The notes under the pieces were generated by a model. The model was not told the origin of the DNA and did no database searches. It saw only the letters and a list, made by a program, of their open reading frames with translations. A stretch of 64,000 bases of DNA. Origin: Octopus sinensis. Taxonomy: Eukaryota. Position 1 is the stretch's first letter. The number at the start of each line of letters is the position of its first letter. The stretch is taken from assembly GCF_006345805.1 (NCBI RefSeq), contig NC_043007.1, positions 62,000,001-62,064,000 of the forward strand, written 5' to 3'. This document shows, in pieces, positions 9,537 through 20,279 of this stretch. The position numbers were made by a program, and so were the translations under genes.

Positions 9537-12389
9537 TTAACTGGTTTCATAATCAGCCAACCAGGGAGGAGGGTGCCGTTCCCTCTGTGGTCGCAGTGCG
9601 ACCCGAGGACTGGTTTCTGGCATGTTGCCTCTGGCCTCATCATCCTGTCTACTGGTGTTGTTTTCATCTTGCCCGCTGCTGCTGATCCCATCCTCTGAGG
9701 CATGGACAATCCTCCGTATATCCAAAACGTGGCCTGGCATACCATCGACCGAGATGTTATTCTTTGAATTTACAGAGGTTATTGTCCCCTTTCCCCATTG
9801 TGATGTACACCGTGCGTTTGGGGGTTTTACCCAAACTTCTTCTCCAACCTGCACGAAGACGTGCTCTTCCTCTGCCCCGGGTCGCATTGATGCAGTACAC
9901 GGATGCCTCCACTCGTACCTGAATATCGCCCTGTGTGGCACCGACTCCTCATCCTGTCCTGATCTGGGCGACATATTGTACCAAAATATAGCCTCGATTG
10001 GTGAAATGTGACCCCTCTCTGCCATGGCCTTGATGGTACGATGATGCCTTTCCACCATCCCATTTCCACTTGGCCGGTATGCCGCCCTGAAGAAGTGGTT
10101 GACCTTCCACCCATCAAGCGTTTCTTTCAGCACATCCGAGCGAAATGCAGTGCCATTATCCAGAAGCAGTTCATCCACGGGGCCTCGTTCCAGGAATATC
10201 TCATTCAACACTTTCACAATTTCTTCTGCAGTCCTCGTCTTCATCTCCCTCCATATGGCCAACCGCCCCGGTCCGCAGTCAACCATTGAGAGGTATGTCC
10301 CCTGCCGGTAGTGTGTTATGTCCACCGCCAGTCGTTTCCAGTCATGGTCCACTGGAATACTTCCCGCTTCATGTACGCACGGAGCAGGGTCGATGGACTG
10401 GCACCTGTCACAACTGCTAACCACTCTCTGCACGCTCTGTCTTGTTACATCGGAGTCAACTTTTCTGGCTAGGAACAATGTCCTGTCCACACCCATGTGA
10501 TGCATGGTATGCAGTCTCCACAACTCCGAGTCGCTCAGACGGCATACTGCAGCTACAGCCTGCTTCGCATCCTCTGGCACCTGCAACCAGGCTCGCTTTA
10601 CCCTGGTCAGGACGTCTGCCCTGTTCTTCTCGGAAGGCACAAAGATCACGCTCAGCTTCAGATTGAACTCAGTGGTTAGTTCACGCAGTATTCCCAATCG
10701 ACGCTTTACCAGCATCTCTGCAGCCCCTTTGGTCCGCACCCTCCGCTCATGGTTGATGACTGCTGTCACCCAGCCAAGTACAGTGGCCGAATCAGTCCTG
10801 ATTTCTATGGTGTGCAACCCCCACTTCAAGGCTAGGTTCACCTCCTTCAACACGGCATCCAACTCCGCCACATTGATATGATTGCAGTCATCCGTCTTCC
10901 TGAGCCAGGCTGCATCTTCCACCATGACAACTCCCACTTCTAAGACAACCCCTGTTGCGATGCTACTGGCGTCACACCATACAATCCCGCTCTTTGATTT
11001 GGGAACATACCAGCTGCCTCTCACTGGGTCCTCTGCTCCTACTCTGACCAAGACTTCCTGCATCATGTCGATCGTCTTCTCCCCCTCTCTATCATTCCAC
11101 TTCACTCCTTCAGCTCGTCTCTTGATGAAGCTACATGCTGTCCGGAGCCAACCTGCAATCGGGTAGTGTCCCACCAGCTTCCCACACACAGAGAACAGTT
11201 CCCGTTTATTCATGCTGGCGCCCAGTTCAGGGACCTCATTCCCTCGCCGGAACACCAACGCGCCGGCCTTGTCTCTCCATAGCTTGAGGCCCAGTGCAGC
11301 ACCTCCCTCCATTGCCTCTGGTGGCTTGGCGATCAGTCCAAAACTCTTCAGGTGGCCTATGACCTCCGTTGCTGGTATTACGGTTTCATCCACCAGAATG
11401 TCATCGATGTACGAATCGGTGGCCCTTTTTACTCTGTCCACCTTTCCCAGGATGGCCTTGAGAATTGTTGCCATAATCTTTGGCGCTGAATTCAGCCCGA
11501 ACCCCAACCTGGTCAGACAGTACGTCCGGCCCTTATACCTGACGAACTGGTACTTCCACAATTTCTCAGTCACATGCACCTGTAGGTATGCCGACTTCAA
11601 ATCAACAATCGTGGAGGCCCCTGTCATCTGCCTCCACTCTCGCAAGGTGTCTCCGCAGACATCCGTGGCCTCGCCGCTTGTACGACACGATACGTGGTCA
11701 TTCAGCTCTCGGAAGTCAAGCACTGGCCTGACCTTATGCTTTGTGGGCTGTATCACCGCCATCAGTGGCAGGACTCCGCTATCTTCTTTTTCCCAAGGGA
11801 TCAATATGCCCTCCTTAATCCGCCGCTCCACCTCCCCCTCGAACTCACTTCTGGCATCTCCTTTTAGAGTATGCTGATAGCAGCCCACTTTATTCTTTAA
11901 CATCGGGGGCTCTCCCTTCCAGTGCCACTCCACTTTCCACCTCTTGCCATCAAAGACAGCCCGAAAATCCTGGTCTTCAATGGTGTGCGCAGCTTGCTTT
12001 TCCTCACGGTTGTCGCCGGTGCATGGTCTCACCCTACACGGTTTCCCCGCTAACCCAAATGTTACACCAGCCTCGTTAACGGTGACACCTCCCAAGCGGG
12101 TGATTGCATCCATCCCCATCACCACGTCGATCTTGTCCACCAAGTGACCAACCACAATCGCTCGCAGCGTCATCTGTAGTCCCTGCACTGCAATCCGCGC
12201 ATCTGTAACCCCTTCGCAGTGTACTTCTCTTCCGTCGACAGCTCTAACACTGCTTTCTCCACTCCACGTCTCTGCCACTTCTGTAGTCATCAGGGTTGTC
12301 GTACAGCCCGTGTCCACAAGGGCTCGCGACATCTTCCCCTCCACCAGAATGTCGACGATAAACGCGCCTCTACTGATCCGAAGGGACAA
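9537..12389 (-). CDS. pol: Pol polyprotein (aspartic protease, RT, RNase H, integrase)
   Basis: LVDTG protease; LDFRELN, DLKSAYLQV, GFGLNSAP and YIDD (RT); CDAS, ELDAV, TDS, NRADVLTR (RNase H); H-H-C-C zinc finger; AVDITH/LDNGTAF/NGMVER integrase DDE. ORF of about 950 codons with no internal stop. Confidence 0.95.
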   Translation of the reverse strand: MSLRISRGAFIVDILVEGKMSRALVDTGCTTTLMTTEVAETWSGESSVRAVDGREVHCEGVTDARIAVQGLQMTLRAIVVGHLVDKIDVVMGMDAITRLGGVTVNEAGVTFGLAGKPCRVRPCTGDNREEKQAAHTIEDQDFRAVFDGKRWKVEWHWKGEPPMLKNKVGCYQHTLKGDARSEFEGEVERRIKEGILIPWEKEDSGVLPLMAVIQPTKHKVRPVLDFRELNDHVSCRTSGEATDVCGDTLREWRQMTGASTIVDLKSAYLQVHVTEKLWKYQFVRYKGRTYCLTRLGFGLNSAPKIMATILKAILGKVDRVKRATDSYIDDILVDETVIPATEVIGHLKSFGLIAKPPEAMEGGAALGLKLWRDKAGALVFRRGNEVPELGASMNKRELFSVCGKLVGHYPIAGWLRTACSFIKRRAEGVKWNDREGEKTIDMMQEVLVRVGAEDPVRGSWYVPKSKSGIVWCDASSIATGVVLEVGVVMVEDAAWLRKTDDCNHINVAELDAVLKEVNLALKWGLHTIEIRTDSATVLGWVTAVINHERRVRTKGAAEMLVKRRLGILRELTTEFNLKLSVIFVPSEKNRADVLTRVKRAWLQVPEDAKQAVAAVCRLSDSELWRLHTMHHMGVDRTLFLARKVDSDVTRQSVQRVVSSCDRCQSIDPAPCVHEAGSIPVDHDWKRLAVDITHYRQGTYLSMVDCGPGRLAIWREMKTRTAEEIVKVLNEIFLERGPVDELLLDNGTAFRSDVLKETLDGWKVNHFFRAAYRPSGNGMVERHHRTIKAMAERGHISPIEAIFWYNMSPRSGQDEESVPHRAIFRYEWRHPCTASMRPGAEEEHVFVQVGEEVWVKPPNARCTSQWGKGTITSVNSKNNISVDGMPGHVLDIRRIVHASEDGISSSGQDENNTSRQDDEARGNMPETSPRVALRPQRERHPPPWLADYETS

Positions 12390-13128
12390 CTACTGGCGCA
12401 GTAGTCTCCCTCAATCCGTTTCCCCGCAGGCACTCGCTGGCTATATGCCCCGGTTCTCGACACCGGTAGCAAATCAGTTCAGGCTTGGGTGACTCGCAGT
12501 CACGCACCATGTGCGGTCCTTGGCACCGGAAACACTGTCCTTTGAACGGTCGCACACGTTCTTTCTTTGGCCCCTCTCCGCTGCTCCTAGCTCGGCCACT
12601 TTTCGATGTTGCAGTCGCTGCTACCGACGTCCTTCTGCTGCACGAAACTAATACGCGTGCCCGAGATATGATGTCCGCCATCGGCATCGCATGAATATTC
12701 GGAAGCTGCTGTAGCTCGACCGATATGTTGTCAGGAAAGCCAGTCACGAACGCCAACCTAACCGTCCGGTCCAGCGACTCTCCCTCATAACCCGCCAGTT
12801 TAGCCAATCTCCTAAGTTCATTGGCAAACACATCCACCTGTTCCCCAGTCCATCATGTTCTACCCAGGCGAGCGTATGCCTCAAACATTCCCTCCGCAAA
12901 GGCCTCCATCAACCGGATTTCCACTTTCTCCACGCTGAGTTGGTCTGTCTCCTCCATCTCTAGGTTCAACGCCAATGCCGGACCATCCAAGTACAGCGGC
13001 ATGAAGCTCGCCAGGTTACTTATACCATGGAGCTTCGCCACCAACTTCACTTTCTTCAACCAAGCGATTACATCCGTGTCGCCGCAAAACGGTTGTATCA
13101 TGTCGTGCGAAATACGGGCACTCATCAT
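12370..13128 (-). pseudogene. gag: Gag with two Cys/His zinc knuckles and one premature stop
   Basis: ORFs 12853..13212 and 12370..12837 share a frame and join as RLGRT*WTGEQVDVFANE. Knuckles CFRCQGPHMVRDC and CYRCREPGHIASEC; ATG at 13128. Confidence 0.9.
12382..12424 (-). promoter_or_regulatory. -1 programmed ribosomal frameshift signal
   Basis: Slippery G GGA AAC in the gag frame (12424-12418), 6-nt spacer, then hairpin AGGGA-GACTACTG-CGC-CAGTAGTT-G-TCCCT (12411-12382). Confidence 0.8.
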
Positions 13129-13151
13129 TCGTTTTTTTTTTTTTATATAAC

Positions 13152-13163
13152 GCCGAAATAGCT
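13152..13163 (-). promoter_or_regulatory. Putative primer-binding site complementary to tRNA-Phe nt 1-12
   Basis: AGCTATTTCGGC directly abuts the 5' LTR end (...CACTACA). Its reverse complement GCCGAAATAGCT equals the 5' end of metazoan tRNA-Phe(GAA) as I recall it. Confidence 0.7.
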
Positions 13164-13432
13164 TGTAGTGTGACGGATGAAGAGGACAACAGAAAAAGAG
13201 AAGGAAATACAACGGGCCTTACCTCAGTGAAGATCAGATCTCTCTCAACGAAGTCAATGCGTCTCGTCGCTTCCTCGTCTCAGCTCCAACTGCCCCTTCG
13301 TTGATCGCCACACGTGCGTGCTCGTTGACCGCTTCCACTTCCCCCGCGCATGCGCCCTCCAGTCTTTTACCGGGTCCCTGCAAGCCCTACTTCCGCCCTC
13401 CCTTATCTGTCGTCCTCTCCACCGACACCACA
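13164..13432 (-). repeat. 5' LTR
   Basis: Minus strand TGTGGTGTCGG...CACACTACA; about 98% identical to 9201-9470. Confidence 0.97.
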
Positions 13433-16367
13433 CTAGTATTGTTTATAGCTGAAGAATCCAAAATCTTCTGTGAGGACCTCTTGGATTATGCTGGGAAAGT
13501 ATGGAGCCAAGTCGTCTAGATCGTTGACTTTTAATATTTCGTAAAAAAAATTTTTGCCTTAAAGCTGAACGAAACAATAAAGATGAAAATATTTAAAAAT
13601 CGTTTCTTTCTTCCCACTTAGTTTCCTTTTTTCTACTTAGAAAAGTATACTCAGAGTAGACCCATTCAGACTCAACATTCTTGTCATTCTCATCCATTTT
13701 CGATAAACAAACTAAAAGACAGCACCTCCCTTTCTACCTTCCCTTCCTCTTCGAATGGTACTTCAAGAGATTGATGAGAGCTCAGCCTGATGGAGAAATG
13801 TCTGTCATCAACCCTTTCAGACGTGTCTGCCATAAAACCCTTTAGCCGCTGTCATCAAACAGAGAAATGTTAACTTCCTTTTCCTGCAAGAGGAAAGTGA
13901 CATGTCGATGTTAACAATAAACCCGGCTGACATCTAGATTCGTCTTACATGTAAGGGCAGCTGTTCGATACAATCCTAAGATTAATAAAAATATTTTTTG
14001 TTTTAAAATGTGATAAATAAAATGAAATAAAATACTCTGAAATTCGTGCAAGATTTCACTCGAATATCTTTCAAATGGCTAGTAAGAAACAAATATGGCA
14101 TGGAATTTTTTGTTCAAAGCAAAAAAAAAGAGCGAAAAGAAAATAACACCAGAAAAGGTGCTTTATTTTGTTATTACTAACTTATCAAGATTTCCCTATT
14201 AAACATCAAGTTTTAAAAATGGTTTAATAATTAATAATAACTAAATTAGCTCTTGCATTGCCCAGTCAACCTAGCTGCATGCTATAAGCAATAGGAACTC
14301 CATAAACAAACGAAGAATTAGTTAACTTGCAATACCACTTGGAAGGCGATGGAATCTGCCAGATAGATTGACTTTTGATTTAGGATATGTAATGCCATTA
14401 TGATCCAATCATGGTATATGCATTCACACAAATGTATTTATATACAGAATAATATACAATGTAAACTTTGACTCATGGCTGTAGCTATTTTACTTCTTTT
14501 GGGGAAACATAAACATCACAAATGCCAATTTTCTACTTTTATAAACGGTAATAAAGTTATATCTCGTAAATAAATCCCCCCCCCCCCGCCACCTAAACAC
14601 TTTTCTTTGCACCTCTCTGCTTTAATCACTAACAAACCTAGGTATTTGCTTCACTGGAAAACTTAAACGAAAAGAATTTTCCCTGTTTCTTCAGTTACAT
14701 TAACATATCAGATACGTCAACAGACAGTGGAAGTCTGCTGCTCAACTGTAAAATGTGTTTTGCCATTCAAAATGTATAGTGATTCACTGATTCAAATAAA
14801 AGCAAATCAAGATAAATTATAATCTTCTGTAAGAAGCTACGGTATGCATAATGATGCACACGTCTATCCGCCTGAAATGCAAATGTAACAAAAGTAATTT
14901 GGGCAGAAAAAAAAATGGCTTGCTTAAAATGAAATAATATCGAGAAAGTTACCTTCCATATACATACACAAACATATGTCTGTGCGCGTGTGTTTACAAT
15001 CATTCTTACGAACATAGAGTATCTATGCGTTTGGTAGAGCAAACTGATGCATTTTTTATTGTGAAATTTTAACCATTTTCCCACTACATCAAATTTCGAG
15101 CCGAACATACTTCATCAGATGAATGAAATATACACTATGATACAGTAATCAGACACCCGAATTGTTGGATAAGTGAATACGTCTTTAAAAAGCTCTTGAA
15201 ATATGACACCACATAGTTCACACCTAACCACAAACTAACAGAATTTATTATAAAACGCTTGAATTAAAACCCGTTCTGATCAAAGCTGCAAACCATAGAA
15301 CAGTTTAAACAACCAACTGAAAAATTAGAACGGAACTATTGTTGCTGTTTAGTGATGCAAGGGAACATAGATTATAAGTTTCTGGTTACTCTACAGGATG
15401 ACCACTTTTTGTTTGCTTCAATTTGATTTTTATTTCGCCTTTGTATTTAGTTATTAAAATTTGTTATCGAGATTGTGTTCGAACATTTTCTCAGCTCTTT
15501 TATTTACAATATTAGTTAGATTGGGTATTATAGTTCTAAGCAGTGCAGAGTTATAATCAACTTGCTCTATTTATGTAGGGCGTCGCATTTTCAATAACCA
15601 TTTAAACAATACACAAGTAGTCAGCACTTCGGTCTATCAATGTCTATACTCATTTGAACATAGCTTTATCGTTTCTTGTTTTCCTCATTTCTGAAAATGG
15701 ACTTACTGATGAGGATATGGTCTTTGGCGCAGCCTTCGTCCATACCAGACGCTACTCATTCGGGGAATTACTTTTACTGTGCACATAATTGCTTTGCCTA
15801 AACATTTCTCGTTAAACAGAGAGATCTTTAGACGTGGAATTACATTCAGCTACATGTATATTATTTTGATTAGCCCTGTATACATTGGTATAGTGCTGGT
15901 ATTTTCCGTACAGCAATAGTTAACCATGACAAATCTTTATATTATGATACTTGTATTTCATTAGGACTAAGAAATTTCTAGCGATATTCGGTATTATATT
16001 TTTGCTGAAAAGTGGGTAGATCAAATGATGATGTGTTCTCTACGTTTGTTGTGTCGCTGCTTGTGTTTTGTTAGGGAGCTATATTTCTTTTAAACTCGCC
16101 GTTTTTCTAATGAACCTGTGCTATAAGAAAGCTGCTTATTAATTAATTTGGAGTATGTAACTTTTACTAAAACAAAATAAGTGTAAGCCTACACTATATC
16201 GAAAATTCTTATAAGTTCCAATTTAAATATATTTTTATCAAAATGTAACTTTGAAACATTTTACTATTGAAGATTTCAACTTCACGATTGAATTACAAAA
16301 CTAATTTTTATTCACGGTAACATAGTCATCCTGCACTGTGAGATAGCGTTTTTTAACATCTCCGTTT

Positions 16368-16705
16368 ATTATTACCTCCGCCTTCGCTAAGGCGGGGGTA
16401 TTGTTTTCAGTCGTGTTTGTTTGTTTTCCGTGCACAAGATAGCTCAAGAACCGCTGGATGGATTCGGATGAAACTTTCAAGGATGTTTGGCCTCGTGACT
16501 GGCACGAACTGATTAGATTTTGGGATCGATCTGGTTCCGGACAAGGATTCTGGATTATTGTTCTGGTTTTTTAACTTAATTTTTGAGAGCAGTCGGGTTC
16601 ATTTTTAGTATTCTCGTTTGTGAGAGCAGTCGAGTTTATTTCAGATATTCTCATTTTTTCAAAATCATCTCTGACTAATCGTTGAGAGGACGCTGGTGTT
16701 ACCTA
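16368..16705 (+). mobile_element. Non-autonomous Helentron-like (HINE-type) interspersed element
   Basis: Starts attacctccgcc...ggtattgttttcagtcgtgtttgtttg...ggatgaaacttt, resembling HINE/DINE-like elements; family assignment from memory. Confidence 0.45.
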
Positions 16706-16938
16706 CATACATACATATACTTCGTATCTGAAATAAACTCTGAAAGATACACACACACACATATATATATATATTTTTTCAAAGATACATACATAAGTCT
16801 GTATGTAGGTATTTCTTTGAGATTTAAGCTCTCTAATGGTATTCAAGCTGGGCGCTAACAAAGTAGCAAGACTTTTTGAGTTAAGATGGTTTCCGAGGTT
16901 CGAAATATGTAGTTGAGTTGATGTATGTATATATGCAG

Positions 16939-17591
16939 TAGGGTGGAGTGAAAAAAAAAAACGTGGTAATTGAAAATGTCTGAGGGCTAAAATGTTGCTA
17001 TATTTGATTACTAGAAAAATTCTAAAATTTCACTGAGATCAATCAAGGACATTTACTCCGTCAAGTCCCCTAAACTCTGAAATGGGGTATTTTTGTAAAT
17101 TTTTTCAATAGCGGAGTTTGAGGGAGTTAATGCCCTTAAGCGAAAATTTTGCATTTTTCTAGTCATAAGATATAGCAAGACAATGCCTCGGGCATTTTCA
17201 ATTTCCACGATTTTTTTTTATTTTCACTCCAACCTAACACACATATGTGCATGCAGGTATATAGATTGTGTAATCTAGGGTGGAGTGAAAATAAAAAATT
17301 GAGGAAATTGAAAATGCCTGAGGCCTAAAATCTTGCTATGTATTATTATTAGAAAAAGCTAAATTTTTGCTTAGATCAGTCAAAGGCATTTACTCCCTTA
17401 AATCCCACAAACTCCGTTATTGTAAAAAAAAAAAATACAAAAATCACCTATTTTCGGAGTTTAGGGGACTTGAGGGAGTAAATGTCCTTAATTGATCTCA
17501 ACGAAAATATAGCATTTTTCTAGTAATTAAATATAGCAACATTTTAGCTCTCAGGCATTTTCAATTTCCACAATCTTTTATTTTCACTCCA
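16939..17591. mobile_element. Two fold-back MITEs in inverted orientation
   Basis: Each ~300 bp unit (16939-17236, 17276-17591) starts tagggtggagtgaaa and ends ttttcactcc; the second core is the reverse complement of the first. Confidence 0.75.
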
Positions 17592-17879
17592 GGTGTATGC
17601 ATATGTATTTACCATATGTGTGAACATGAGTCTTTAGTTCCTAGATGTTTATGCGTGCATCATTACTTTTCACATGCGTGTCCTTGTAGATGCATATATG
17701 GGTACAGGACATCAAAAAACGTTGAATACAATGAGAAACGAACGCAAAAACATAGAAACGAACTTTTTTTCAAACAACGAAAAAACAGAGTACAAGACAT
17801 ACAACACAAAGAATATTCCCCTTCTTCTGTTGTCCTTGTTTCATCTACTCCGCATTTCGAACACACACACACACTTATT

Positions 17880-18118
17880 CTATCAGTCACTTTTGTCCAA
17901 CCGCTAAGTTACGGGGACATAAACACACCAACATCAGTTGTCAAGCGATGTTGGGGGGACAAATACAGACGCACAAACACACACATATATATACATATAT
18001 ACAACGGGCTTCTTTCAGTTTCTGCTAACCAAGTCCACTCACAAGGTTTTGGTTAGCCCGAGGCTATAGTAGAAGACACTTGCCCAAGGTGCCACGCAGT
18101 AAGACTGAACCCGGAACC
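17880..18118 (-). mobile_element. tRNA-derived SINE (family A)
   Basis: Matches the family motif cacttgcccaaggtgccacgcagt..gactgaacccggaaccat in reverse orientation. Confidence 0.8.
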
Positions 18119-18139
18119 ATATATATATATCAATATATA

Positions 18140-18631
18140 TCTATATATATAAAACTCTAGTTGTGTGAGTGTCTGTCCCCTTCGATTTAGATTCCTAACT
18201 CCTCCCACATTTTGCGGTGCAGTTTAACCAAATTCGGGTATCTTATAGTCGTGATTCATATCGAGCCCGTCTGACTATTAGCGCGCGTCAACGATTTTAA
18301 AAATAATTTAACATCATTTTTTATTCCATTTTAATGCATAAAATGCATCGTATGTCGATGGCGGCGGAGTTGGCGTCCACGCTCACAGCTGCACCTGTTT
18401 GCTTCTCCCCCTTCCCTCCCTCGTGAAGCTGTGGGGAAGGGAGTGTAAAGAAATCAACGTCGTAATGCATTGTGAAGGAAACCAGCGTTCTTTTAGAACG
18501 ACTTCATGGCTTGAAGACACCAAAACAAAAATGGCTAAGAAAGCCCGAATTTATAAGAGAAGTAACTCTCTAAAAATGCTTATATAGTTATTTCCCTTAC
18601 AAACCCGAGCAACGCCGGGCGATACTGCTAG
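18140..18631 (+). mobile_element. Non-autonomous Helitron
   Basis: 5' TC (tctatatatataaaa), 3' hairpin cccgagcaacgccggg then CTAG, inserted between A and T. Confidence 0.75.
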
Positions 18632-18869
18632 TAAATATATAAGAAGGTTTGGAGATGATGTACAGGTATTATATATTAAGAGAAATAAGGTACTCAGAAA
18701 TCTAGATGATTTTATATTTACAGATTTTTATTAATATGTCACATGTTTTTATAAATCATATTAGTGCTTGCATCCACTCTAGCGGAATCGTCAGATTCTA
18801 TTTTTTTTCAGGATTTTTGTCTCTTTTTATAGTATTATTGAGTGTGTAGGGGTGGAGAGAGATATAGGA

Positions 18870-19690
18870 TAGTAAAAGTGGGTGAGGAATGGGGAGAAAG
18901 TGAGAGAGAGAGAGAGAGAGAGAGAATGTGTGTATGTGTGTGTGTGTCTTGTGTGTGTCTGTGTGAGTGTGTGTGGGGGTGCTTGTGTATCTGAAGGAAG
19001 TGTCAATGGAGAAGAGAAAAGGAAAGGAAGAAGGAAGAGAGAAAGAAGAAAAAATTGTGTTTACTTCTATATAGCTGGTCAGTTCTTTCAATAGAAAGTG
19101 ATTCTTGGCCTTTAGAAATGGCAAAACCAGGTGGCTACTCTAAGGGGGGTAAATGTTGTTTTTAAAAAAATTGTCTGGATTTCTTTTTATCTTTGCCTGG
19201 TGAGAGAGAAAGAGAGAGTGTGCGTGTGTGTGTGTGTGTGTATGCTTGTGTGTGTCTGTGTGAGTGTGTGTGGGGGTGCTTGTGTATCTGAAAGGAGTGT
19301 CAATGAAAAAGAGAAGAAAAGAGAGAAGGAAGAGAGAAAGAAGAAAAAATGGGTTTAGAAAGTGATTCTTGTCCTTTAAAAATGGTAACAACAGGTGGCT
19401 ACTCCAAGTGGGTCTTGTTTTTCAAAAAAATTTGTGTAGAATTCTTTATATCATTGTCTGGTGAGAGACTGTGTGTGTGTGTGTTTGTGTATGTGCATGT
19501 GAGTGTGGGTGGGGGGCTGTGTATCTGAAAGGAGTGTCACTGGAAAAGAGAAGAAAAGAAAGAAGGAAGAGATAAAGAAGAAAAAAATGTGTTTACATCT
19601 TTGCAACTGGTCAGTTCTTTCAATAGAAAACGATTCTTGTCCTTTAAAAATGGTAAAATCAGGTGGCTACTCCGAGGAAGGGTTTTGCTT
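18870..19690. repeat. Diverged tandem triplication, ~270-310 bp unit
   Basis: Three copies of (GT)n-gggggtgcttgtgtatctgaa...gtgtcaatg...(GAA-rich)...gattcttgtcctttaaaaatgg...caggtggctactc. Confidence 0.85.
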
Positions 19691-19861
19691 TTATAAATAT
19701 ATATATAAATGAATATATATATATATATATAAATAAATATATATATAAATAAATATATATAAATAAATATATAAATAAATATATATATATATAAATATAT
19801 ATATATAATATAAATATATATATAAATATATATATAAATATATATAAATAAATATATATAA

Positions 19862-19892
<31 letters not shown>

Positions 19893-19905
19893 ATATAAAT
19901 ATATA

Positions 19906-20279
19906 GGCACAGGAGTGGCTGTGTGGTAAGTAGCTTGCTTACCAACCACATGGTTCCGGGTTCAGTCCCACTGCATGGCACCTTGGGTAAGTGTCTTCCA
20001 CTATAGCCTCGAGCCGACTGGTAGACGGAAACTGAAAGAAGCCCGTCGTATATATGTATATATATATATGTGTGTGTTTTTGTGTGTCTGTGTTTGTCCC
20101 CCCAACATCGCTTGATATGTTGCTGGTGATTTTACATCCCCATAACTTAGCGGTTCGGCAAAAGGGACCGATAGAGTAAGTACTAGGCTTACAAAGAATA
20201 AGTCGATTTGCTCGACTAAAGGCGGTGCTCCAGCATGGCCACAGACAAATGACTGAAACAAGTAAAAGAGAGTAAAGAG

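Larger units (their letters stand above)
9201..13432 (-). mobile_element. Full-length Ty3/gypsy LTR retrotransposon
   Basis: Two ~270 bp LTRs with TGT...ACA ends; gag and pol on the minus strand; PR-RT-RH-IN order; PPT AGAGGGGCG before the 3' LTR; flanks CTAGA/CTAGT (imperfect 5 bp TSD, or CTAG plus one base). Confidence 0.97.

Noticed and set aside
9159-9698. 179-aa plus-strand ORF and other antisense ORFs over the LTR element
   Set aside because: By-products of GC-rich LTR and pol sequence.
13227-13235. TGAAGATC in the LTR matching the tRNA-Phe anticodon arm (possible bipartite PBS)
   Set aside because: Only 8 nt, and it differs between the two LTRs; chance match is likely.
15706-15760. 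CTGATGAG hammerhead-like core on the plus strand
   Set aside because: No downstream GAAA or stems.
19906-19990. tRNA-like A/B box heads here and in other SINEs
   Set aside because: No complete cloverleaf, and each continues into a SINE body; not tRNA genes.
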